A stretch of 60,530 nt of DNA, filler included. It is 3 parts of 3 records of this genome, joined end to end, with 100 filler letters (N's around TTAATTAATTAA, not from the genome) between each part and the next. Parts side by side here need not be neighbours in the genome. Positions count along the whole stretch, not along the records: positions 1 to 12,236 come from DRR723986_1757; positions 12,337 to 43,805 come from DRR723986_1759; 1 more part is not named here. One strand, written 5' to 3'. Both the position numbers and the translations under genes were made by a program. Shown here one piece after another: positions 8,421 to 17,508 of this stretch; within the stretch, counting starts at the first letter, position 1; every line of letters begins with the position of its first letter. The notes under the pieces are model-generated. The model ran no database searches. It saw only the letters and a list, made by a program, of their open reading frames with translations, and was not told the origin of the DNA.

Positions 8421-10073
8421 ATGCCCAAATCGCTGCCACGCTTTGCCCTCCTATGGATCGTAACGGGAGCACTTCTTGCTCATCTAGATGCACCTTTTTG
8501 CAGTCGCGCTGCGCTGGCCCAAGAGGTGGCAGCGTCCGCAAAACCGCAGCCAGGCGTTTCTATCAGTGCTCAAGACAAGACCGATGCGGATCGCATTGCA
8601 GCGTACGTGGAGTCGACGCGAGCGAAGTGGAAAGTCCCAGGGCTGAGCGTTGGTGTCGTTCGAAATGGCAAAGTCATTCTGTCCAAGGGCTTTGGTGTGC
8701 TCGAGGCTGGCAAGCCGACACCAGTTGACGGCGATAGCCTTTTCGCGATTGCTTCCAACTCCAAAGCTTTCACCGCCGCCGCGCTCGCAATTCTCGTTGA
8801 TGAAGGGAAGCTGGATTGGGATGACAAAGTTCGGAACTACCTTCCATGGCTACGATTGAAGGATCCGCTAGCGACCGACGACCTGCGTGTTCGCGACCTG
8901 CTTTGCCACCGCAGCGGACTGGGCACCTTCAGTGGCGATCTGCTTTGGTACGGCACACCTTATTCCGCTCGAGAGGTCCTTGTGCGAGCTGCCGAACTGG
9001 AGCCAGCCGGCCCGTTCCGCGCTTCATACGGCTACTCCAATTTGATGTTTCTGGCTGCCGGTGAGGTGATTGCAGAGGTCAGCGGCCAGAGTTGGGGGCA
9101 GTTCATCCACGACCGAATCCTTACGCCTGCAGGAATGAGCCGCACGGTCACCAGCACGTCTGATCTTCCTGAAGCCAACACCGCTACGCCTCACAAAACT
9201 GTCCTGGATGGAACGGGGCAGCTAGGGAGCCGTCCGATCGAGTGGGTTAATTGGGACACCATGGCAGCGGCCGGTGGGCTGATTTCAAGTTCGAATGACA
9301 TGACTCGGTGGCTCCAGATTCAACTCGGCGAAGGGCGTCTTGATTCCGGCAAGAGCCTGTTTTCCCGTGACCAATCGCATCAGATGTGGCACCCACAAAC
9401 AATAATCCCCCGCAGTAGAAGCAATGAGAAGCACCCTGAAACTAACTTCTCTGCCTACGGGCTTGGCTGGTCGCTGAAAGATTACCGCGGCACAAAACTG
9501 GCCAGTCACGGCGGTGGGTACGACGGCATGTACTCGCACGTCTTGCTTGCCCCGGAGCATGATACAGGTGTCGTCGTCCTGACCAACTCCATGACCAGCA
9601 TCACAAGCCTGCTGACCTACTCGATACTCGATGACCTCCTGGGCTTTGGTTCTGCAGAGCAGCGTTCCCGCAAAAGCGCGGAGCGACTGAGCGGTTTTAT
9701 AAAGTCGCGGCAGAACTTTGACGCCAAGATCCAAGCGGCTACACAAGCCAACGAGTCAGGGCATTCGGCAGCACGTAGCCTGAATGAGTATGTTGGAGAA
9801 TTTCAGTGCACGATGTACGGAGATGCATCTGTGAAACTGGAAGATGGCAAGCTTGTTCTTCGCCTTCACCCCAATCCGCTCCTTGTCGCAGACCTCGAGC
9901 ACATGCACTTCGATACTTTTAAGGTTACATGGCGCAACGAATCAGCCTGGTTCGGTGGCGGCAACGTACACTTCTCAGACGACCATCACGGCGAATTCCA
10001 ATCCATCGAGCTCGACATCCCCAACGACGACTTGTGGTTCTACGAATTGGACTTCCAACGCACCAAGAATTGA
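8421..10073 (+). CDS. Serine hydrolase, beta-lactamase/AmpC-like, with DUF3471-like C-terminus
   Basis: Signal peptide, SxxK (SNSK), YxN (YSN) and HGG motifs. Confidence 0.88.
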   Translation: MPKSLPRFALLWIVTGALLAHLDAPFCSRAALAQEVAASAKPQPGVSISAQDKTDADRIAAYVESTRAKWKVPGLSVGVVRNGKVILSKGFGVLEAGKPTPVDGDSLFAIASNSKAFTAAALAILVDEGKLDWDDKVRNYLPWLRLKDPLATDDLRVRDLLCHRSGLGTFSGDLLWYGTPYSAREVLVRAAELEPAGPFRASYGYSNLMFLAAGEVIAEVSGQSWGQFIHDRILTPAGMSRTVTSTSDLPEANTATPHKTVLDGTGQLGSRPIEWVNWDTMAAAGGLISSSNDMTRWLQIQLGEGRLDSGKSLFSRDQSHQMWHPQTIIPRSRSNEKHPETNFSAYGLGWSLKDYRGTKLASHGGGYDGMYSHVLLAPEHDTGVVVLTNSMTSITSLLTYSILDDLLGFGSAEQRSRKSAERLSGFIKSRQNFDAKIQAATQANESGHSAARSLNEYVGEFQCTMYGDASVKLEDGKLVLRLHPNPLLVADLEHMHFDTFKVTWRNESAWFGGGNVHFSDDHHGEFQSIELDIPNDDLWFYELDFQRTKN

Positions 10074-10799
10074 GTCATCTCCGGATTCATACTTCAGTCG
10101 GACTCTCTCGACGCAATGCGATAGCTGGGGCAAGTTGCCATCACATATTGAGATCTCATGCGTTCGGGCCATGAAGCCTTGAGCGGAGTAAGTGACGAGC
10201 GAATGATGGCAGGTGTCACACCTGACAGAGTTTGTCCCGCTAGAAAGAAGTTCTTCCACCAGAAAAATCGCTTCCGCATCAGCGCGGGCCAAGCCTGGAA
10301 ACGCAAATCAAGCTTGGTTTGCTAGCGTGACGCTGGATTCTGTAGGCGATTTGTGGTTGAGAGGGCGACCCGGCGTAGATGCTGTTGACCGGAACGCGAG
10401 AAAATTCTAGGTTAGGCAGTGCGGTAAGTCCTAATTGTAGAAGGCTTTAGGGCGAAATGAGTCTGCATGGCAGGGGTGGACCGCTGGCTGTGGTCCGTCA
10501 ATTGCTTGGAAGTTAGCCTGGACCTGGGACTGTCGTTCTGACAAACAACCGTTATCCTGGCAGGAATTCAGGATTGAGGCACTCTGCGCAAATTTGGGGA
10601 GAGACACCAGTTGCCGTCAACAACGAGGCAACAAGTGGGCCCGAGTGGAGAGCCAGAACTGACAAATCGGAGATCCTCCCAAGCCCAGGGACGAAATCAC
10701 TTCGTCACCGAAGGACGGTCGACGAGAAGGCAATTTGCGAAATCAACGCCCTGCTCCTGAGCTGGGCTTTAAAAACTTTCTGATGCGAAGTTTCAACTG

Positions 10800-12236
10800 A
10801 TGGAATTCTTGGAACGAGTTTGGGAAAACACAGGACTGTTCTTCTCGAACATGCTACAAGGCGTCGAGCGCACCGTTACCGGAGTGTTCGGGTCGTCCAA
10901 TGCGCGGCAGGTCAAACGTTTCGAAGCGATCGTCGCGAAAATCAACGGACTTGAAGAACAATTCGCGGCCAAAACCGACGAACAGCTTCGCGAGAAGACT
11001 GAAGAATTCAAACAGCGGCTGCGCGATGGCGAAACGCTGGACGATATTCTCGTCGAAGCATTTGCTGTCTGTCGCGAGGGTGGCAAACGGTTCTTGAATA
11101 TGCGGCACTACGACGTGCAGCTTATTGGTGGAATCGTCCTCCACCATGGTATGATCGCAGAAATGGTCACCGGTGAAGGAAAAACACTGGTCGCCACGTT
11201 GCCGACGTATCTCAATGCTCTGGCTGGCAAAGGATGCCACGTAGTAACGGTCAACGATTATCTCGCTCGCCGGGATATGGAGTGGATGGCGCCGCTTTAC
11301 ATGGGACTCGGTCTGACGGTCGGTGCAATCCAGGGCGGGTTGAGCAACGATGAGCGTCAGGCTGCCTATGCGAAGGACATTACCTACGCGACGAATAACG
11401 AACTAGGCTTCGACTACCTTCGCGACAACATGCGTCTCGCATCGCGAGATGACAATCGCTTTCCAAAGCATATGCAACAGGTTCAAGGCCCGTTGGCGTT
11501 TGCGATTGTCGACGAAGTAGACAACATTCTGATCGACGAAGCTCGTACGCCACTGATCATTTCCGGTCCAGCGCACCAAGATATTGGAAAGTACGCCGAC
11601 GCCGATCGAGTTGCTCGTAATCTGAAGAAGGAAGAGCACTTCACGGTCAACGAAAAAGACCACACAGTGAACCTGACCGATGACGGTGTGCGAGCGGCAG
11701 AAAAGCTGGCGGGTGTCGAGAGCTTCTACACTGCGGGGAACATGGAATGGCCCCACATGATCGACAATGCTCTCAAGGCTCACCACTTGTACAAGCGTGA
11801 CGTTAGCTATGTCGTCAAAGACGGAGCGATCGTCATCGTCGATGACTTCACCGGTCGTTTGATGGAAGGTCGACAATGGAGCGATGGTCTACACCAAGCC
11901 GTTGAGGCGAAGGAAGGTGTAAAGATCAAGGAAGAGACTCAGACTCTCGCAACGATCACCTTGCAAAACTTCTTCAAGCTGTACGAAAAGGTCGCTGGGA
12001 TGACCGGTACGGCGATGACGGAAGCCAACGAGTTCTGGAAAATCTACAAGCTCGACGTGATCGCAATCCCCACGAACAGAGGCTTGCAGCGAATCGAGTA
12101 CGCGGACACGATCTACTTGACTGAAAAAGAGAAGTTCGCTGCCGTTGCCGAGGACGTTGAACAAACCACGAAGCTTGACAGCGTGGTGCTCAAGGGTGGC
12201 GATGTACTCGCCGGCGAGATCACCAAAGAAAACGAT
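10800..12236 (+). CDS. secA: Preprotein translocase SecA (3'-truncated by contig end)
   Basis: EMVTGEGKT Walker [31 protein letters not shown] and [10 protein letters not shown]. Confidence 0.97.
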
Positions 12237-12336
12237 NNNNNNNNNNNNNNNNNNNNNNNNNNNNNNNNNNNNNNNNNNNNTTAATTAATTAANNNNNNNN
12301 NNNNNNNNNNNNNNNNNNNNNNNNNNNNNNNNNNNN
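12237..12336. other. Artificial contig linker
   Basis: 44 N + TTAATTAATTAA (stops in all frames) + 44 N. Gene content and codon style change across it. Confidence 0.97.
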
Positions 12337-12443
12337 ATCCCATGGCTCGACCATGGGATCCATGCCGATACGCTCCAAATCGGCGGAGCTTTGCGGTGGG
12401 CGAAGGTCAGGGGATGGATTGCAGGGTCGAGCCCTGCGATGAC
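12337..12443. repeat. REP-like inverted doublet (GTCA-type, alphaproteobacterial)
   Basis: Left arm atcccatggctcgaccatgggatccatgcc resembles the reverse complement of the right arm (gtcatcgcagggctcgaccctgcaatccatccc). Each arm is itself a hairpin. Confidence 0.75.
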
Positions 12444-12558
12444 GAGCGAGCGGAGAGGACGAGACTGTCCGCTGGTCTACCTACGCGGCCGGCAGGAACT
12501 TGCCAGCCGAGTCACGCAGCAGGCTTGCTCCCGCCGCCCGGTTCCGTGATCTACACTT

Positions 12559-12873
12559 TCAAACGCTATCCTTGCGCTCGACAACGAGCACTCTTGCCTC
12601 TACGACCGGGTGCGCCACATGGGCATCGCCATCGTTGGCGAAGAAGATCTGTCCTTCGGTCAGGCGTTGAACCTTCTCGGTTCCGGCCTCGCGGTAATGC
12701 ATGTCGACCGTGCCCGACAGAACCACGAAGACTTCCGGACCGTCGTTGACGTGCCATTTGTAGGGCTTGTCCGTCCAGTGCAGGCGGACCGTGATGCCGT
12801 CCAGTTCACCGATCAGACGTGACCCCCAGGCTCTTTCCGCCGTAAAGCTGCTTGTATCGAGATGGAAATCCAT
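12559..12873 (-). CDS. Cupin domain protein
   Basis: WHVNDGPEVFVVLSG and GDAHVAHP cupin motifs. GGGAGA RBS before the ATG at 12873. Confidence 0.85.
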   Translation of the reverse strand: MDFHLDTSSFTAERAWGSRLIGELDGITVRLHWTDKPYKWHVNDGPEVFVVLSGTVDMHYREAGTEKVQRLTEGQIFFANDGDAHVAHPVVEARVLVVERKDSV

Positions 12874-13011
12874 GAAATTCTCCCGCTGCAAAATCACTCA
12901 AGGGTGCTATCGCGGACAGGCTCTCGTTTCTTCCGGCATTTTGACCGGTTCGGCCGGTCAATTGCCGGTGAACGCAGGCAGTTCGGCACACAGGACAATG
13001 ACAGAAGACCC

Positions 13012-13428
13012 ATGGATTCAATCGACCGGACCTTGCTGCAACTGCTGGAAGCCGACAGCCGGACACCTGTGAAAACGCTGGCAGCCCATGTCGGCCTGGC
13101 CCGGTCGAGCGTTCAGGCCCGGGTCCGGAAGCTGGAAGAAACCGGCGTCATTCGCGCCTACACGATCCGGATCAGCGATCCGGAGCCGGCCGAAATCGAA
13201 GCCTATCTGTGGATCCGGACGGGTTCGGCGACCTGTGCGGCGATTGCGCCGGTGGTTTCGAAATTCGAGGAGGTTCTCCAGTGCCGCTCGATTTCCGGCG
13301 ACAGGGACATGGTTCTGCTGGTGCGCGCCCGGACGCTGGAGAGCCTCGCCGAGCTTCGCAACCGTATTGCTGCCCTTGATGGAATTGCCAATGTCGAGAC
13401 CCATCCGGTGCTGAAAGACTGGATATGA
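13012..13428 (+). CDS. Lrp/AsnC family transcriptional regulator
   Basis: MDSIDRTLLQLLEADSR...RVRKLEETGVIRAY HTH; divergent from the cupin gene. Confidence 0.9.
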   Translation: MDSIDRTLLQLLEADSRTPVKTLAAHVGLARSSVQARVRKLEETGVIRAYTIRISDPEPAEIEAYLWIRTGSATCAAIAPVVSKFEEVLQCRSISGDRDMVLLVRARTLESLAELRNRIAALDGIANVETHPVLKDWI

Positions 13429-13535
13429 CCGCGGCGGGAAATTCCCGGTTTACTTTTTTTGTCAGGCAATGAAACGGTTTCTCAAAGTTTACAACGCACT
13501 CTCAAGGCAACAGGATCTTGTAGAGAGTAGTTATC

Positions 13536-15953
13536 TTGGTCAGTCAAAACAGCGAACGCGCCGTCAATGCCGCGCCAGAAGCCGATGACACGCAGGACAA
13601 ATTCTTTGCCGAAGAGCAAAAGCTTTCCTCTGCGGACACCGTAACTACAGACGAATATTCTTCCAGCATCACGAAACCCCTCGACGAGGAGGACGTCGGT
13701 CCCGAAGTCGGCCCAGGCCGCCGGGCAACCGATGCGCCCGTCTCCGCGCCTGCCAAATCGTTGCAGCATCTTGCCCTTGCGGGCATGATCATCGGCCTTG
13801 CCGCCGGTTTCATCATGGTTTCCAGCGACAGCCTGAACCGGTTTCTCGGTCTTGGTCTGACCTTCTTTGCCGGCGGGCTGGCTGTCTGGCGGCTGTTTGC
13901 CGACGACATGCAGCGCTCGGTGCAGGCATTACAGGTGAAGGATGACAAGATCCGCCGCCTGATGGCACGCTGCGAGGAACTGGAAGACCGCGCCTGGGAA
14001 CTTGGCGAATCCGACGAACGTCACGCCAGCATCCTGGCAACGCTTGGCGATGTCGTCGTCCGGCGCGACCAGGACGGCACCATCACCTATGTGAACTCTG
14101 CTGCAGACGATGTGTTCGGGCTCGGACATGCCTTGCAGCCGGGTGCAACCCTGCATCTGCCGCTGCTTGAGGAAGTGGGCTTCGAAAGCGCCGTCACGCA
14201 GGCCCTGGACAAGACGACCCCGGGAATGGGCTTTCAGGATCTCCACATCGATACCGCGCAGGGCCCACGCTGGTTCTCACGTATCGACATTCCGGTGCGC
14301 GACACCACGACGGACCGCCAGCTGGTGCAGACGGTTCTGCGCGACGTGACCGAGCGGCGCCTGATCGAAGAAGAACTGCTGGCTGCCCGTCATTCCGCAG
14401 AAAGCTCCAACGAGGCGAAGTCCCGCTTTCTCGCGACCGTCAGCCACGAGATCCGCACGCCGCTCAACGGAGTGCTCGGCATGGCCGCGCTCCTGCGCGA
14501 CACCCGCCTGACCAAGGAACAGAGCGCCTATATCGAGGCGCTGGAAACCTCCGGCGAAACATTGCTGCTCCTGATCGATGAAGTGCTCGACTTTTCCAAG
14601 GTGGAGGCCGGCAAGCTCGACATTCAGGCCGCCCCGGTTCGGGTTGGCGCCCTGGTGGAAAGCGTCGTTGAACTGCTTGCCCCGAAGGCCCACGCCAAGT
14701 CGCTTGAAATCGGCTCCATGCTTGACCCGAACCTGCCGGAAGAGGTGACGCTGGACGCCACCCGTGTCCGCCAGATCCTCTATAATCTCATCGGCAACGG
14801 CATCAAGTTCACCGATGAGGGCGGCGTTGCCGTGGAACTGACAGGGCGTCCCAATCCGGACGGTGGCGGTTATCTGGATATCGACGTGCGCGACAGCGGC
14901 ATCGGCTTTGACGAACAGGAGGCCGAGCGGCTGTTTCAGGAGTTCGAGCAGGTCGACCATGGCCCGGCGCGCAAGTTCGGCGGCACCGGCCTCGGTCTGG
15001 CGATCGCCCAGCGGCTTGCCGGCCTGATGGGTGGCGAAATCGCCGCGCAGCCTTCCGAAGACGGCGGCGCGCAGTTCCGCGTGTCCTTGCCGATCCCCGA
15101 ATCTCTTGTTGCCGACACGGATCCGCGCCTGGCCAAGCTTGAGGGCCGCAGGATCGTGTTCGTCAGCACCAGCCAGATCGAATGCCCGCTGCTGGCCAGA
15201 CGGCTGCAATATCACGCGGCCAATGTGTCCGTGCATGCACCGGGCAGTTCGGATCTCGATACCGCGCTGGCCGAGGCCGATCTACTTGTTGTCGACAACG
15301 GTGCCCTGTCCGACAGCGGCGGCTGGCTGGCCTCTGCCCGCCTGACCGGATGCAAGGCTCCTGCCGTCGTTATGATCGCCCCGCCGGAGCGCGAGCGCCT
15401 GGAACATCTGCGCGAAGCCGGGTATGCCGCCTATCTGATCCGCCCGGTGCGGATCGAGACCCTGGTCCAGATCTTTTCCGGCCTGCTGGACGACGACGGC
15501 ATGGAACACGCCTGGGACGCAAGCGCGGAGCCCGTCAGCAACGGCTTCCTGCCGAACCGCTACAAGGTTCCGGCCCGGCCGCTGCGCCTGCTCGTGGCGG
15601 AAGACAACGACATCAACCGCCTTTTGAGCGAAGCCATGCTGCGCAAGCTCGGCCATGTGCCGGTGATGGTGATCGACGGCGAAAAGGCCGTCGAGGAAGC
15701 CGCCAGCGGCGCTTATGACGCAATCCTGATGGACCTGCACATGCCAGGCCTCGACGGGTTCCAGGCCATTCGCCAGATCCGGTCCGACGAACAGGCCGCC
15801 GGCCGGGCCAATGTACCGGTGCTGATCGTGACCGCCGATGTCATGAAGGATGCAAGGGACAAGGCGACAGAAGTGGGCGCTGCCGGCTATCTGACGAAAC
15901 CGCTTTCCGTGGAAGCGATTTCCGACGCATTGGCCGAAATCAGCCGCGCCTGA
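13536..15953 (+). CDS. Membrane-bound PAS hybrid histidine kinase/response regulator
   Basis: Two TM segments, PAS, H-box SHEIRTPLNG, NGIKFT, GGTGLGLAI and a C-terminal receiver (AEDN, LMDLHMP, KP). Confidence 0.92.
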   Translation: MVSQNSERAVNAAPEADDTQDKFFAEEQKLSSADTVTTDEYSSSITKPLDEEDVGPEVGPGRRATDAPVSAPAKSLQHLALAGMIIGLAAGFIMVSSDSLNRFLGLGLTFFAGGLAVWRLFADDMQRSVQALQVKDDKIRRLMARCEELEDRAWELGESDERHASILATLGDVVVRRDQDGTITYVNSAADDVFGLGHALQPGATLHLPLLEEVGFESAVTQALDKTTPGMGFQDLHIDTAQGPRWFSRIDIPVRDTTTDRQLVQTVLRDVTERRLIEEELLAARHSAESSNEAKSRFLATVSHEIRTPLNGVLGMAALLRDTRLTKEQSAYIEALETSGETLLLLIDEVLDFSKVEAGKLDIQAAPVRVGALVESVVELLAPKAHAKSLEIGSMLDPNLPEEVTLDATRVRQILYNLIGNGIKFTDEGGVAVELTGRPNPDGGGYLDIDVRDSGIGFDEQEAERLFQEFEQVDHGPARKFGGTGLGLAIAQRLAGLMGGEIAAQPSEDGGAQFRVSLPIPESLVADTDPRLAKLEGRRIVFVSTSQIECPLLARRLQYHAANVSVHAPGSSDLDTALAEADLLVVDNGALSDSGGWLASARLTGCKAPAVVMIAPPERERLEHLREAGYAAYLIRPVRIETLVQIFSGLLDDDGMEHAWDASAEPVSNGFLPNRYKVPARPLRLLVAEDNDINRLLSEAMLRKLGHVPVMVIDGEKAVEEAASGAYDAILMDLHMPGLDGFQAIRQIRSDEQAAGRANVPVLIVTADVMKDARDKATEVGAAGYLTKPLSVEAISDALAEISRA

Positions 15954-16233
15954 CGCAGCGAACTTTCGCTGTCGCGACAGCCGGAAGTGGAATCGCTTCC
16001 ACCGGCGCTCGTAGAAATTCACAAAGCCGCAAGAGTGGGCTAAGCTTGCACGTGGAAAACACGGCGCAAAAAACCGAGTGTCATCCAGCTGTCGGAATAG
16101 TATGTTCTACGGCAGGCTTGAAGCACACTGACCGGGTCCGGACGTAATGTTCCGGCGAAGGTAATTCGGCAAGTGAAACAGACGAGAACCTGTGAAACCT
16201 GTCAGTGCGCCATAAGGAATACACGAGGGTGGA

Positions 16234-17181
16234 ATGTCCATAATGCGCCAAGGGCTTTTTTCTCCCAGGAAACTGGTCAGGAAATTCACACCGGCAATGC
16301 GTCCGGACGCCAACCTCCCCAACGCGCAGCGCATCGGGCCAGCGCTGCAGACCCCGGTCAAGACCGGCGAAACGCTCGGCCGGATCGGATCCCTGGAAGT
16401 GCGGATGGCCCGCAACTTCAAGGAAGTTAAAAAGGCACAGCGATTGCGCTATGACGTTTTCTACGAGGAAATGTCGGCCATTGCCGATGCGCATACGCTG
16501 GCAACCCGCCGTGATGCCGACCCCTTCGATGCCTATTGCGATCACCTTCTCGTGGTCGACCACGACTTGCAGAAGCGCAACAAGCTGGGCCGCCTGAAGC
16601 CTGAAATCGTCGGTACCTACCGGATCCTGCGCCAGGAAATCGCCGATCAGCATGCCGGTTTCTATACCGCCGCCGAATACGACATCCAGTCGCTGATCGA
16701 CGCAAACCCGGGCAAGCGCTTCATGGAACTCGGCCGGTCCTGCGTTCTGAAGCCTTACCGCAACAAGAAGACCGTCGAGCTCCTGTGGCACGGCATCTGG
16801 TCCTATGTTCTGCGCCACAACATCGATGTCATGCTCGGCTGTGCCTCGATCGAAGGCACCAATCCGGATGCGATCGCCGGCCAGCTCGCCTTCCTGCATC
16901 ACAATGCCCGCGCCCCGGAGGAATGGCGCGTGCGTGCGGTGGAAGACAGATACGTCGAAATGAACCGCATGCCAGCCGAGGAACTCAATTCCAAGGAAGC
17001 GCTGCGGGCTCTGCCACCGCTTGTGAAGGGCTATCTGCGCCTCGGCGCGTTCATCGGCGACGGAGCGGTGATCGATCACCAGTTCGGCACGACGGATGTG
17101 CTGATCATCATGCCGGTGTCCGAACTGAACACGCGCTACGTCAATTATTACGGCGCCGACGCAAGCCGCTACTCCAGCTAG
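16234..17181 (+). CDS. olsB: Ornithine lipid N-acyltransferase OlsB-like (GNAT)
   Basis: Motifs AQRLRYDVFYEE, DPFDAYCDHLLV, ELGRSCV and LPPLVKGYLRLGA. Confidence 0.75.
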   Translation: MSIMRQGLFSPRKLVRKFTPAMRPDANLPNAQRIGPALQTPVKTGETLGRIGSLEVRMARNFKEVKKAQRLRYDVFYEEMSAIADAHTLATRRDADPFDAYCDHLLVVDHDLQKRNKLGRLKPEIVGTYRILRQEIADQHAGFYTAAEYDIQSLIDANPGKRFMELGRSCVLKPYRNKKTVELLWHGIWSYVLRHNIDVMLGCASIEGTNPDAIAGQLAFLHHNARAPEEWRVRAVEDRYVEMNRMPAEELNSKEALRALPPLVKGYLRLGAFIGDGAVIDHQFGTTDVLIIMPVSELNTRYVNYYGADASRYSS

Positions 17182-17402
17182 CTCCGGCGATTGCTGCCAA
17201 GCTTTCCTTCGTCCTCCCGGCCAGGCTTGACCCTTAGCCGGGATCGCGGAGGCACAAGCCTTTGCATTTTTCCTGCGTTTGAGCGGCACTCGCTTCCCGG
17301 TGCTGCGGGTTTGCTGCCTTTTGTGCGGGATGGTTATCGAGCTAGTGCGCGCCGCCTGTAGCTGAACATCCCGTCGTCTTGCCCGTGCAAAAGCCCGTAG
17401 CC

Positions 17403-17417
17403 TTAACGCCCCCTTAA
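17403..17417. promoter_or_regulatory. Putative CtrA box
   Basis: TTAA-CGCCCCC-TTAA (TTAA-N7-TTAA), about 90 nt upstream of the PBP gene. Confidence 0.55.
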
Positions 17418-17508
17418 ATCGCCGCAATTTAAGCTCATCTCCGGGGAAACCGGCGTTTGCCGGATAACGCCAACCCTGGTTGGTACGGAGTTAGGGGACG
17501 AAGGATCA

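Noticed and set aside
12281..12292. TTAATTAATTAA as a biological motif (also 43850-43861)
   Set aside because: It is a synthetic all-frame stop spacer inside N runs.
16081..17427. 448-aa minus-strand ORF
   Set aside because: Antisense shadow of the olsB-like gene in GC-rich DNA, with no motifs.
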